Below, piece after piece: positions 27,319-36,902 of a DNA stretch of 37,142 bases. The first letter of the stretch is position 1. The number at the start of each line of letters is the position of its first letter. Where the stretch lies: the sequence record SRR22947727_1523; one strand, written 5' to 3'. Made by a program: the position numbers and the translations under genes. A model generated the notes under the pieces. It saw nothing but the letters and a program-made list of their open reading frames with translations. It did no database searches and had not been told where the DNA came from.

Positions 27319-28202
27319 GGCTTGTTTTGTCCATGCTCGAGCAATTCCAAATACAGGCCAGAATGGTCCGTATCTGCACCACCCATATGCTCAACCAAAT
27401 GTTCAAAGCGATCTCGGATATGCTGCGTGACGGGTAAGGTCACGCCAAGCTGCGCGGCTTCATTCAGCCCGTTATTCAGATCTTTGAGGTGAAATTTAGC
27501 AGGCCCGCCCGGCACAAAATTGCCCGTTGTCATACGCTCTCCATGTTGTTGAAGAATAACGCTATCGGCAAAGCCACCCTGCAAGGCTGCGCGCACCGCT
27601 GCCGGATCGGCCCCGCCGCGCTCGAGCAGCAGCATGGCTTCGGCAACCGCGCCGATTGTAACGGCAACAATGGCCTGGTTCGCCAGTTTTGCCAATTGTC
27701 CAGCGCCCGAGGGCCCCACATGGGTTGGCCGGCCCATACCGGCCAGAACATCTTGAACTTGAGAAAAATCTTCTGCAGCCCCCCCAACCATAATCGCAAG
27801 ACTGCCGGCCTCGGCCCCTTTGGTGCCGCCTGAAACTGGCGCGTCTAAATGTCGGATGTTAACAGCGCGCAAATGCGCCGCTTGGGCGCGCGCTTCTTCT
27901 GGTTTCGTGCTGGACATATCCACCCAGACTGCGTCGGGTTTGAGCGCTTTTTGCAAAGTCGCATCGTCCAAGATCAAAGCCACGGTCGGGCCGTCTGACA
28001 CCATTGAAATGATTATATCTGCATTTTTAACTGCCTCTGCGGCGCTTGTCGCTACATGCACACCAAAGCCAGATAGCCCAATCGCTTTTTCAGCAGATCT
28101 GTTCCAAGCGCTCAGGCTGATACCATTGGCAGATAAGTTCCTAGCCATTGGGAACCCCATAAGACCTGTTCCTAGAAATGCGACCTTTGATATTTCCGAC
28201 AT
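27315..28202 (-). CDS. NAD(P)-dependent beta-hydroxyacid dehydrogenase family protein (tartronate semialdehyde reductase-like)
   Basis: FLGTGLMGFPMA, LDAPVSGG, AKLANQ, GGFADS.IL..HG.RM, LKDL. Confidence 0.88.
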   Translation of the reverse strand: MSEISKVAFLGTGLMGFPMARNLSANGISLSAWNRSAEKAIGLSGFGVHVATSAAEAVKNADIIISMVSDGPTVALILDDATLQKALKPDAVWVDMSSTKPEEARAQAAHLRAVNIRHLDAPVSGGTKGAEAGSLAIMVGGAAEDFSQVQDVLAGMGRPTHVGPSGAGQLAKLANQAIVAVTIGAVAEAMLLLERGGADPAAVRAALQGGFADSVILQQHGERMTTGNFVPGGPAKFHLKDLNNGLNEAAQLGVTLPVTQHIRDRFEHLVEHMGGADTDHSGLYLELLEHGQNKP

Positions 28203-28393
28203 TGCATCCTCATTTTGTTCTTTCTACCGTCACAATAGAGATGAAATTTCGGATGTCACTCAGGATTTGTAGGTTGTTGTGGCCGCGTTCCGTAACTGTT
28301 GAGTGTTCGTGCATCTGATGTTAGTCACAGCGAAGCGAAGGTTGCGTTGCCCAAAAAATATTGGGTTTTAGCACGGGCAATGGGGGAAAGTTT

Positions 28394-29140
28394 ATGGCTG
28401 GTAACAGGTTGAAAAATAAACGCGTTTTGGTGACGGCGGCGGGTCAAGGGATCGGCCGAGCGGCGGCTTTGGCGATGGCGGCTGAGGGCGCTGAGGTGTT
28501 CGCCACGGACATAAACCACGAAGGTTTGGCGCAGTTGAAATCTGAGGCGACCGGCCGATTAAAGGCGTTTGAATTAGATGTCCGCTCAGAGGCCTCTGTG
28601 GCGGCGGGCGTTGAAGTGGCGCAGCCCGATGTGTTGTTCAATTGTGCTGGTTTTGTGCATAATGGCACGGTGTTAGAGGCCAGCGATGAAGATTGGGAAT
28701 TCGCTTTTGATCTGAATGTGCGCTCGATGTTGCGGACCGTGCGGGCGGCTTTACCGGGTATGTTAGAGCGCGGATCGGGCTCTATTATCAATATGTCTTC
28801 AGCCTGTTCTTCGGTTATCGGAGCGCCAAACCGGTTTGTCTATGGCACCACGAAAGCGGCGGTTCTGGGCCTCACAAAATCGGTTGCAATCGATTACATT
28901 ACCAAAGGGATCCGCTGCAACGCGATCTGCCCGGGTACGGTGGAAAGCCCGAGCTTGCATGATCGCTTGCATGCCACTGGCGATTACGAGGCGGCAATGA
29001 AAGCCTTTATTGCGCGCCAACCGATGGGACGGATTGCAAAAGCAGAAGAAATTGCGGCGCTGGTGGTGTATCTTGCCAGCGATGAAAGTGCCTTTACCAC
29101 AGGGCAAGCCCATATCATTGATGGCGGATGGTCAGGATAA
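28394..29140 (+). CDS. SDR, 2-keto-3-deoxy-L-fuconate dehydrogenase/BDH2-like
   Basis: [57 protein letters not shown] 28394. Confidence 0.8.
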   Translation: MAGNRLKNKRVLVTAAGQGIGRAAALAMAAEGAEVFATDINHEGLAQLKSEATGRLKAFELDVRSEASVAAGVEVAQPDVLFNCAGFVHNGTVLEASDEDWEFAFDLNVRSMLRTVRAALPGMLERGSGSIINMSSACSSVIGAPNRFVYGTTKAAVLGLTKSVAIDYITKGIRCNAICPGTVESPSLHDRLHATGDYEAAMKAFIARQPMGRIAKAEEIAALVVYLASDESAFTTGQAHIIDGGWSG

Positions 29141-29144
29141 ACTT

Positions 29145-30938
29145 ATGAAAAAAATTCAAATTGAAGACTTAAGATCACGTAAATGGTTCATGAATGCGGA
29201 TAACCGCGAAATGACAGCGCTTTATTTAGAGCGGTATTTGAATTATGGCCTGACGCGAAAAGAACTGCAATCGGGCAAACCTATCATTGGGATCGCCCAA
29301 ACGGGCAGCGATCTCAGCCCGTGCAACCGCCACCACCTCGAGCTTACCAAGCGCGTGCGCGACGGAATCATCGCGGCCGGCGGCACACCGATTGAAATTC
29401 CTGTTCACCCGATTCAAGAAACCGGCAAGCGTCCAACCGCGATGTTAGACCGCAATTTGGCCTATCTATCGCTTGTGGAAACCTTATTTGGCTATCCGCT
29501 TGATGGCGTGGTGCTGAATATTGGCTGCGATAAAACCACCCCTGCGCTGCTCATGGCGGCCGCGACGGTGAATATCCCGGCCATCGCGCTTTCGGTTGGG
29601 CCGATGTTAAATGGCTGGTTCAACGGCGAGCGGACCGGTTCGGGCACCATCGTTTGGAAGGCACGCGAGATGTTGGCCTCGGGCGACATTGATGATGATG
29701 GTTTTATGGAGCTGGTTTCCAGCGCCGCACCTTCGGTTGGCTACTGCAATACGATGGGCACCGCCACTACGATGAATTCTTTGGCCGAAGCGTTGGGCAT
29801 GCAATTGCCCGGCTCTGCAGCGATTCCGGCGCCTTACCGCGAACGCGGACAAATCAGTTATGAAACCGGTTTACGGATCGTCGATATGGTGTGGGAAGAC
29901 CTACGGCCAAGCGATGTGATGACGCGTGAGGCCTTTGAAAATGCGATCGTAATCAATTCTGCGATTGGCGGCTCTACCAATGCGCCGATCCATTTGAACG
30001 CGATTGCGCGCCATCTTGGCGTGCCATTGAACAATGATGATTGGCAGAGCATTGGCCATGAGATTCCGCTTTTGGTGAATTTGCAGCCCGCGGGGGAGTA
30101 TCTGGGTGAAGATTATCAAAGGGCGGGCGGCGTCCCAGCGGTTGTTGGAGAGTTGCTCGAAGCTGATTTGTTGCCGCATCCCAAAGCGCTCACCGTCAAT
30201 GGCGCGTCCATGGGCGATAATTGCTCCGACCGGCGCAGCGAAAACCAAGATGTGATCAAACCCGTGAGCGCGCCCATCAAAGCGCAAGCCGGGTTTATTA
30301 ATTTAACGGGGAACTTGTTTGACAGCGCGATCATGAAAACTTCGGTGATCAGTGACAATTTTCGGCAAAGCTATCTGTCAAACCCCGAGGACCCAGATGC
30401 GTTTGAAGGCCGGGCTATTGTGTTTGATGGGCCCGAGGAGTTTCACCATCGCATTGATGATCCTGCGGAAAATATTGATGAGACCTGTATTCTTTTCATG
30501 CGTGGTACGGGGCCGATTGGATATCCGGGGGGCGCCGAAGTGGTCAATATGCGCCCGCCTGCTTATTTGTTGAAAAAAGGCGTTGAGGCGCTGCCCTGTA
30601 TTGGCGATGGCCGTCAATCGGGCACATCAGGAAGTCCTTCAATTTTAAATGCCTCGCCAGAAGCGGCGGCCGGCGGCGGGCTGGCGCTATTGAAAACCGG
30701 CGATCGCGTCCGCATTGATCTTAAAAAATGTTCGGCGGATATGCTGGTACCTTTGGACGAGTTGGCAGAGCGCGCCCGCGCCTTTGAGGCCGAAGGCTAT
30801 CCCTACCCAGAGAATCATTCGCCCTGGCAAGAGCTGTTCCGCGAAAAGGTAGGCAGCTTTGACGAAGGTATGATTTTGAAAGATGCCGATAATTACAGAG
30901 ATATTGCGCGCAAATATGTGCCGCGCGACAACCATTAG
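29145..30938 (+). CDS. IlvD/Edd-family sugar-acid dehydratase (xylonate dehydratase XylD-like subgroup)
   Basis: [46 protein letters not shown]; the start is ATG 29145, since the track's 29010 start overlaps the SDR gene. Confidence 0.9.
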   Translation: MKKIQIEDLRSRKWFMNADNREMTALYLERYLNYGLTRKELQSGKPIIGIAQTGSDLSPCNRHHLELTKRVRDGIIAAGGTPIEIPVHPIQETGKRPTAMLDRNLAYLSLVETLFGYPLDGVVLNIGCDKTTPALLMAAATVNIPAIALSVGPMLNGWFNGERTGSGTIVWKAREMLASGDIDDDGFMELVSSAAPSVGYCNTMGTATTMNSLAEALGMQLPGSAAIPAPYRERGQISYETGLRIVDMVWEDLRPSDVMTREAFENAIVINSAIGGSTNAPIHLNAIARHLGVPLNNDDWQSIGHEIPLLVNLQPAGEYLGEDYQRAGGVPAVVGELLEADLLPHPKALTVNGASMGDNCSDRRSENQDVIKPVSAPIKAQAGFINLTGNLFDSAIMKTSVISDNFRQSYLSNPEDPDAFEGRAIVFDGPEEFHHRIDDPAENIDETCILFMRGTGPIGYPGGAEVVNMRPPAYLLKKGVEALPCIGDGRQSGTSGSPSILNASPEAAAGGGLALLKTGDRVRIDLKKCSADMLVPLDELAERARAFEAEGYPYPENHSPWQELFREKVGSFDEGMILKDADNYRDIARKYVPRDNH

Positions 30939-30948
30939 GAGAAAGAGA

Positions 30949-31797
30949 ATGAAGCTTGTTCGTTATGGGGCCATCGGTGCGGAAAAACCCGGTTTGATCG
31001 ATCAAAATGGGGATCTTAGAGATCTGTCATCGCATGTTGATGACATTGCCGGGGCCGCGCTGCAAGATGCAGAGATGGAAAAATTACGCGCGCTCGACCC
31101 GAACAACCTGCCATTGGTTGATGGCAGCCCGCGCTTGGGCGCATGCGTTGGAAGCATTGGAAAATTTCTGTGTATCGGTTTGAATTATTCTGATCACGCG
31201 GCTGAAACTGGCGCCGCAATTCCCGAACATCCAATTTTATTTGCCAAAGCCACCTCTGCTGTTGTGGGCCCGAACGATGATGTGTCGATGCCGCGCGGAT
31301 CAACCCATACAGATTGGGAAGTCGAGCTGGGCGTGGTGATTGGTAAAACGGCCAAATATGTCTCGCAAGAAGAGGCGCTTGATTATGTGGCTGGCTATTG
31401 CGTTATCAATGATGTGTCTGAGCGCCATTTTCAAACCTCGCTTACGGGGCAATGGACGAAGGGGAAATCCTGCGACACATTCGGGCCAACCGGCCCGTGG
31501 TTGGTCACTCGTGACGAAATTGCAGATCCACAAAATCTAGCGATGAGCTTGGATGTGAACGGCACGCGTATGCAAACCGGCAACACCAACACAATGATTT
31601 TTTCCGTAGCGGAGATAATTGAACATCTTTCTGGGTTGATGTCTTTGCACCCAGGTGATGTGATAAGCACCGGAACGCCCCCTGGCGTTGGGATGGGGAT
31701 CAAGCCGCAGCCGATCTATCTCAAGCGCGGTGATGTGATGGAGCTGGCGATTGAAGGCCTTGGATCGCAGCGTCAGAGTGTTAAGGAAGACGCATGA
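30949..31797 (+). CDS. Fumarylacetoacetate hydrolase-family protein (2,4-diketo-acid hydrolase-like)
   Basis: MKLVRYG..G.EKPG, CIGLNYSDHA.E, DWEVELGVVIG, NDVSER, GKSCDTFGP, GDVISTGTP; RBS AGGAG before ATG 30949. Confidence 0.9.
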   Translation: MKLVRYGAIGAEKPGLIDQNGDLRDLSSHVDDIAGAALQDAEMEKLRALDPNNLPLVDGSPRLGACVGSIGKFLCIGLNYSDHAAETGAAIPEHPILFAKATSAVVGPNDDVSMPRGSTHTDWEVELGVVIGKTAKYVSQEEALDYVAGYCVINDVSERHFQTSLTGQWTKGKSCDTFGPTGPWLVTRDEIADPQNLAMSLDVNGTRMQTGNTNTMIFSVAEIIEHLSGLMSLHPGDVISTGTPPGVGMGIKPQPIYLKRGDVMELAIEGLGSQRQSVKEDA

Positions 31798-32750
31798 GCA
31801 TGCCGGATCTTTTGCTGATCGGCGGCGTAACGGAAGAAATGCTGCATCGCCTTTCTAAGAAATTTACCATCCACGCATTGGCGGATATCGCAGATCCAAT
31901 CGCCTGGTTGGCAGAGCATGGTGATAAAATTTCTTACGTCGCCACGAATGGTCATGATGGGATTTTGCCCGCCTATATGAAGGCGATGCCCAATTTGAAA
32001 GTGATCAGCTGCTACGGGGTGGGCTATGATGCGATCGACACCGCCGCCGCTGCCGCACGCGGCATTCATGTCACGCATACGCCGAATGTGTTGAACGCTG
32101 AAGTGGCGAGCACAGCGCTTTTGCTGATGCTTGCATGCTATCGAAACTTCTTGGCAGAAGACGCGCATGTGCGGTCGGGTGCGTGGGAGCGCGAGGGCAA
32201 TGCGCCCTTGTCGCGCTCTGCAGATAATCAAATTGTTGGTATTTTGGGCATGGGTCGGATTGGGCAGGCCATTGCCCAGAAACTCGCTCCGTTTAACGCT
32301 AAAATTCTTTATCATTCGCGTAGCGCAAAGCCGGTTGAATACATCTATTGTGATAGTCTTATCGAGATGGCGCGCCAAAGCGATGTGGTGATTTGTATCA
32401 CTCCAGGCGGGCCCGCGACGCGGCATCTTGTCAACGCAGACGTGTTGAATGCTCTAGGTCCTAACGGCACTTTGATCAATGTGAGCCGTGGGTCGGTTGT
32501 GGATGAAGAGGCTCTGATTGCAGCCTTGCAAGACGGGCGCCTTGGCTGGGCCGGGCTAGATGTATTTGAGCAAGAGCCGAAAGTGCCCGAAACTTTGCGG
32601 GCGCTGTCAAATGTGGCTTTGTTGCCGCATGTGGGGAGCGCCACTGTGGAAACCCGCGCGGCGATGGGAAATCTCACGGTTGATAATATACTCAATCACC
32701 TCGCCTCGGGCAGCGTGATCAGCCCAGTGCCGGAATGCGCGCATCTGTAA
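31794..32750 (+). CDS. D-2-hydroxyacid dehydrogenase (hydroxypyruvate/2-ketoacid reductase-like)
   Basis: GVGYDAID, THTPNVL, GMGRIG, INVSRGSVVDE, LDVFEQEP, PHVGSAT. Confidence 0.92.
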   Translation: MSMPDLLLIGGVTEEMLHRLSKKFTIHALADIADPIAWLAEHGDKISYVATNGHDGILPAYMKAMPNLKVISCYGVGYDAIDTAAAAARGIHVTHTPNVLNAEVASTALLLMLACYRNFLAEDAHVRSGAWEREGNAPLSRSADNQIVGILGMGRIGQAIAQKLAPFNAKILYHSRSAKPVEYIYCDSLIEMARQSDVVICITPGGPATRHLVNADVLNALGPNGTLINVSRGSVVDEEALIAALQDGRLGWAGLDVFEQEPKVPETLRALSNVALLPHVGSATVETRAAMGNLTVDNILNHLASGSVISPVPECAHL

Positions 32751-32762
32751 GGTGATCGCAGC

Positions 32763-33869
32763 GTGAGGGAGAATACCCAGATCGTTGATTTAGAGGCGGC
32801 GCTTTTTGAGGTGCCGCTCGATGAGGTGTTAGTGGATGCCAAACATGGGGCGCATAGCCATTTTCAGTTAATCTGCGTCACCATCTGTTTGGCAGATGGG
32901 CGCCGCGCCACCGGTTATACCTATACGGGCGGGCGCGGAGGCCATGCGATTCTTGCGCTGATTCGAAACGATTTAGCGCCATTTTTAGTTGGGCGCTGCA
33001 GCACGGATATCGAAAGCTTGTATGAGCAAATGCTGTGGCATATGCATTATGTCGGGCGCGGGGGCATCGTAAGCTTTGCAATTTCTGCTGTTGATATCGC
33101 GCTTTGGGATTTGCGCTGCAAAGCAGCGGGTTTGCCGCTATGGCGGATGGCAGGCGGCGCAGGCAACCGTTGCAAAGCCTATGCAGGCGGGATTGATCTG
33201 GCCTTTCCACTGCCAAAATTATGCGGTCATATTAAGGCTTATTTGGCGGCTGGTTTTAACGCGGTAAAAATCAAAGTGGGACAACCCAATCTTGAGGAAG
33301 ATGTTGCGCGGATCCGCGCGGTGCGCGCGTTAATCGGGCCCGACATTCACTTCATGATTGACGCCAATTATGCGCTGAATGTGGCGCAGGCGATTGCGCT
33401 TGCCAAGGCGGTGCGCGATCAAAATATTTTGTGGTTTGAAGAGCCGATTATACCTGAGAATTTTGCAGGCTATGCGGAAATTTTCAAGGCGACCGGCATC
33501 GCGGTTGCGCAGGGTGAAAACTTGCATACGCATGAAGAGTTTCAAATGGCGTTGGCGCAAAGCCGGTTGGGCTTTGTTCAGCCTGATGCGTCAAATTGTG
33601 GGGGCATCACGGGCTGGCTGCGCGTGGCGGCTGAGAGCGCGCGCTTTGGCGTGCCGATTTGCAGTCATGGGATGCAAGAATTACACGTGTCTTTGGTGAG
33701 CGGCCAAGCCCATGGCGGATGGCTTGAAGTGCATAGTTTTCCGATTGACCGATACACCAATCAGCCCCTGCAACTTGAACAGCATATGGCAATGGCGCCG
33801 GATGCGCCGGGTATTGGGGTCGAGTTTGATTGGGAGCGGCTGCAGCCGTTTCGGCTGCAGCTGTCATAA
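32763..33869 (+). CDS. Enolase-superfamily enzyme, 3,6-anhydro-L-galactonate cycloisomerase (ACI)-like
   Basis: [70 protein letters not shown] and [10 protein letters not shown] match, from memory, the Vibrio EJY3-type ACI; GTG start. Confidence 0.75.
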   Translation: MRENTQIVDLEAALFEVPLDEVLVDAKHGAHSHFQLICVTICLADGRRATGYTYTGGRGGHAILALIRNDLAPFLVGRCSTDIESLYEQMLWHMHYVGRGGIVSFAISAVDIALWDLRCKAAGLPLWRMAGGAGNRCKAYAGGIDLAFPLPKLCGHIKAYLAAGFNAVKIKVGQPNLEEDVARIRAVRALIGPDIHFMIDANYALNVAQAIALAKAVRDQNILWFEEPIIPENFAGYAEIFKATGIAVAQGENLHTHEEFQMALAQSRLGFVQPDASNCGGITGWLRVAAESARFGVPICSHGMQELHVSLVSGQAHGGWLEVHSFPIDRYTNQPLQLEQHMAMAPDAPGIGVEFDWERLQPFRLQLS

Positions 33870-33872
33870 GGT

Positions 33873-34640
33873 TTACAGCGAGGCGGTGATTCCACCGTCG
33901 ACGTAAAGCGTGTGGCCATTCACAAAACTAGACGCGTCAGAGGCCAAAAAGATGCAAGCCCCCACCAATTCTTCCACCTGCCCCCAACGCCCTGCGGGGG
34001 TTCGATTGGTCAGCCAAGCGCTGAATTCGGGATCGGCCACCAAAGCGGCATTTAAAGGCGTGTCAAAATAGCCCGGCGCAATCGCATTGCATTGTAGCCC
34101 GTGTTTGGCCCAATCGGTCGCCATGCCTTTCGTCAAATTGGTCACGGCGCCTTTGGTGGCCGTATAAGGTGCAATGCCGGGACGGGCCAAGGCCGATTGC
34201 ACGCTGGCAATGTTGATGATCTTTCCCCGTTCGCGCCCGATCATATGGCGGGCGACGGCTTGGCCCACGTGAAAGACCGACGCGATATTAGTTTGCAGCA
34301 ATTGTTCAAATGCCTCGGGTGGAAAATCTTGCAACGCGGTGCGATGCTGCATTCCGGCATTGTTAACCAGGATATCAATCGCGCCAGACGCGCTTTCAAA
34401 CCCGTCAACCGCCTCGCGTACGGCGGTATGATCCGTGGCATCAAACGCCAGTTGATGGGTTTTTGTACCGTCGGCCTCCAACGCTTTCGCTGCGCTGGCC
34501 AGTTTTTCGGCGTTGCGCCCGTTTAAGACGATTTGAACGCCCGCTGCCGCCAGACCTTTTGCCAGAGCAAAGCCGATGCCTTGGCTTGATCCCGTGATTA
34601 AGGCGCGCTTCCCATTAAGATTGAACAATCCAGGTGACAT
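33873..34640 (-). CDS. idnO: Gluconate 5-dehydrogenase (SDR, IdnO/Gno-like)
   Basis: LF.L.GKRALITGSSQGIG, NNAGMQHR, SVQSALARPGIAPYTATK, RTPAGRWG, FVNGH.LYVDGG. Confidence 0.82.
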   Translation of the reverse strand: MSPGLFNLNGKRALITGSSQGIGFALAKGLAAAGVQIVLNGRNAEKLASAAKALEADGTKTHQLAFDATDHTAVREAVDGFESASGAIDILVNNAGMQHRTALQDFPPEAFEQLLQTNIASVFHVGQAVARHMIGRERGKIINIASVQSALARPGIAPYTATKGAVTNLTKGMATDWAKHGLQCNAIAPGYFDTPLNAALVADPEFSAWLTNRTPAGRWGQVEELVGACIFLASDASSFVNGHTLYVDGGITASL

Positions 34641-34737
34641 TCGGTTTCTCCTTTTTGGGCCAGGGATTATTGGGCTTGGCCGCGATGGATCTTATCGCTA
34701 TCTTTAAGCAGCTTGTACAGCAGGGAAAGCCACTTAC

Positions 34738-35766
34738 ATGAAAGCTTTGGTCATTCACGGCGCGAAAGACTTGCGTTTGGAAACGCGCGACGCAGAGGCG
34801 CCGGGGCCCGGGCAGGTGGCGGTCGCTTTGAAAGCGGGGGGCATTTGTGGGTCCGACCTGCATTATTACAATCACGGTGGGTTTGGGCCGATCAAACTTC
34901 GTGAGCCAATGGTTCTGGGGCATGAAGTTGCAGGTGAAATCGTTGAGCTTGGCCCCGATGTCGAGGGGCTGCGGGTTGGGCAATTAGTGGCTATTTCGCC
35001 ATCAAGGCCTTGTTATAATTGCCTTTATTGTAGGGGCGGACAGTTAAATCATTGTTTAAACATGCGATTTTACGGTAGTGCGATGCCGTTTCCGCATATT
35101 CAGGGGGCTTTTCAGGAATATCTGGTGGCAGAGGCGGAGCAATGCGTTGTGGCGGATGGATTAACGGCGGGTGAAGCCGCGATGGCTGAGCCGCTGGCCG
35201 TGTCGTTGCATGCGATCAAGCAAGCTGGCAATTTGTTAGGGGCCCGCGTGTTGGTCACGGGCAGCGGTCCGATTGGTGCTCTGACCATTTTGGCTGTACG
35301 GCGCGCCGGCGCTGCAGAGATAATCGCCACTGACCTTTCGGATTACACGCTTGCGAAAGCAAAAGCTGTTGGGGCGGATCAAACGTATAATATCCTGACA
35401 CAGCCACAGGCTTTGGCCCCTTACAGCGTTGATAAAGGGCAGGTTGATGTGCATTTTGAATGCTCTGGGGCAGCCGCTGCGCTGGCGAGCGGCATCTCAG
35501 CTTTACGACCCGCTGGGCAATTGATACAGCTTGGCTTGGGCGGCGATATCAACGTGCCAATGCAAGCGCTGACCGCCAAAGAAATTTCTTTGAAGGGCTC
35601 TTTTAGGTTTCACTTTGAGTTTAAGGCAGCAGTGTCTTTGATGCAAAAAGGCTTGATTAACGTTTCCGATTTGATCACGCAAAACGTGCCGCTGCATGAG
35701 GCAGTTGCAGGATTTGAAATGGCATCGGATCGGGGATCCGCGCTGAAAGTGCAGATTGCGTTTTAA
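34738..35766 (+). CDS. idnD: L-idonate 5-dehydrogenase (Zn-dependent MDR)
   Basis: GGICGSDLHYY.HG, LGHE, PC..C.YC......C, MRFYGSAMPFPHIQGAF, EPLAV.LHA, GSFRF; divergent from idnO. Confidence 0.82.
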   Translation: MKALVIHGAKDLRLETRDAEAPGPGQVAVALKAGGICGSDLHYYNHGGFGPIKLREPMVLGHEVAGEIVELGPDVEGLRVGQLVAISPSRPCYNCLYCRGGQLNHCLNMRFYGSAMPFPHIQGAFQEYLVAEAEQCVVADGLTAGEAAMAEPLAVSLHAIKQAGNLLGARVLVTGSGPIGALTILAVRRAGAAEIIATDLSDYTLAKAKAVGADQTYNILTQPQALAPYSVDKGQVDVHFECSGAAAALASGISALRPAGQLIQLGLGGDINVPMQALTAKEISLKGSFRFHFEFKAAVSLMQKGLINVSDLITQNVPLHEAVAGFEMASDRGSALKVQIAF

Positions 35767-35960
35767 GGGTTTGGAAAGCGGATGCTCTTTCTGGGTTAAC
35801 ATACGGCCTGATCAGGCTTGAAAAAAGCTGTTTCAACGGCGTGCCCAGTGGCTTGATCTTGATATTATATTATATATTTGCGGAGAAGGCGTTGACCTCA
35901 GGGGGGGATGCTTTTACTGCCATATTAAGTGGATAAAAAGTTGAATGGTGTGACTTTGAG

Positions 35961-36902
35961 ATGAGCGAAGAGCTACAAGATAATGAGATCGATCTGCGCG
36001 AATTATTCGCCGCGCTTTGGGATGGAAAACTCCTTATTTTCATCATGACGTGTGCCGTTTTTTTATTCTCATCGGCATATTTGCATGTGGCTGAGCGGAG
36101 CTATACCGTGTCGGTCACCTTGCGCCCAACCGAAGAGCAAAGTTCGGGTGGCGGCAATTTGGGCGGGCTTGGCGGGCTTGCGTCGCTGGCGGGGGTTCAA
36201 CTGCCCAGCGGCGGCGCCACTGAATTCATTACGTTTCAGGCGATGCTCAAGTCTCAAGAAGTCGCTTCACGTCTTTTTGCCGATGAAAACTTAATACAGC
36301 GGCTTTTCGCAGGTGAATGGGATGAGAGCCGTAAAAGCTTTTTACAGCCCATTCCCTCAACTTTGGGAAATGTCACACGTTTGCTCAAGTCTCTTTTAAC
36401 CGGAGAGGGGCAAGGCGCCTATATTGCGCCCAACGCGGCGCGCTTGGCCAAAACACTAGCCGAACATCTATCCGTCTCTGAAGATAAGACCAGCGGCATG
36501 CTTAAATTGAGCATGGAAAGCGCTAAGCCAAAATTGGCAAGCGATCTGATGTTGGCGCTCATTCGCGAAACTGATGGGTTCCTTAAAGAGCGTTTCGTGA
36601 TTTCCGGGTCAGACGCGCTGCAGTTCTATCAGCAGAAAATTTCTAAGGCGCGCTCGCGCGAACACCGCGAAGCATTGGCGAAACTGATCGCCACTGAGGA
36701 GCAAAAATTAATGCTGGCCACGCGAGAAGGGCCTTTTGTGGTTGAAATTATGATGGGGCCGGATCAAACATTGCGGCCCACATCGCCCAAAAGCAGCTTG
36801 GTCTTGGCGCTGGGTTTGGTGTTGGGGCTGTTTTTAGGGGCCGCTGTTGTTTTGATGCGCAAAGCCTCTGGCGGCAATGAAAAGAAAGTATCACAGTCAT
36901 GA
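35961..36902 (+). CDS. wzz: Polysaccharide co-polymerase / chain-length determinant (Wzz family)
   Basis: EIDLRELF..LW, TM1, GGLGGLASLAG linker, C-terminal P..P.SPK followed by LG..LG.FLG TM2. Confidence 0.85.
   Translation: MSEELQDNEIDLRELFAALWDGKLLIFIMTCAVFLFSSAYLHVAERSYTVSVTLRPTEEQSSGGGNLGGLGGLASLAGVQLPSGGATEFITFQAMLKSQEVASRLFADENLIQRLFAGEWDESRKSFLQPIPSTLGNVTRLLKSLLTGEGQGAYIAPNAARLAKTLAEHLSVSEDKTSGMLKLSMESAKPKLASDLMLALIRETDGFLKERFVISGSDALQFYQQKISKARSREHREALAKLIATEEQKLMLATREGPFVVEIMMGPDQTLRPTSPKSSLVLALGLVLGLFLGAAVVLMRKASGGNEKKVSQS

Noticed and set aside
29010-29144. N-terminal extensions given in the ORF track (also 1038, 10256, 14501, 28361, 30883)
   Set aside because: They overlap upstream genes or promoters; downstream ATGs have an RBS or translational coupling and match the family N-termini
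31773-32426. 217-aa antisense ORF and the many other short overlapping ORFs in the track
   Set aside because: They lie within well-supported genes on the opposite strand or another frame and show no family motifs
36162-36179. Tandem 9-bp repeat GGCGGGCTT x2 in wzz
   Set aside because: Encodes the Gly-rich GGLGGL linker common in this family; two in-frame copies only
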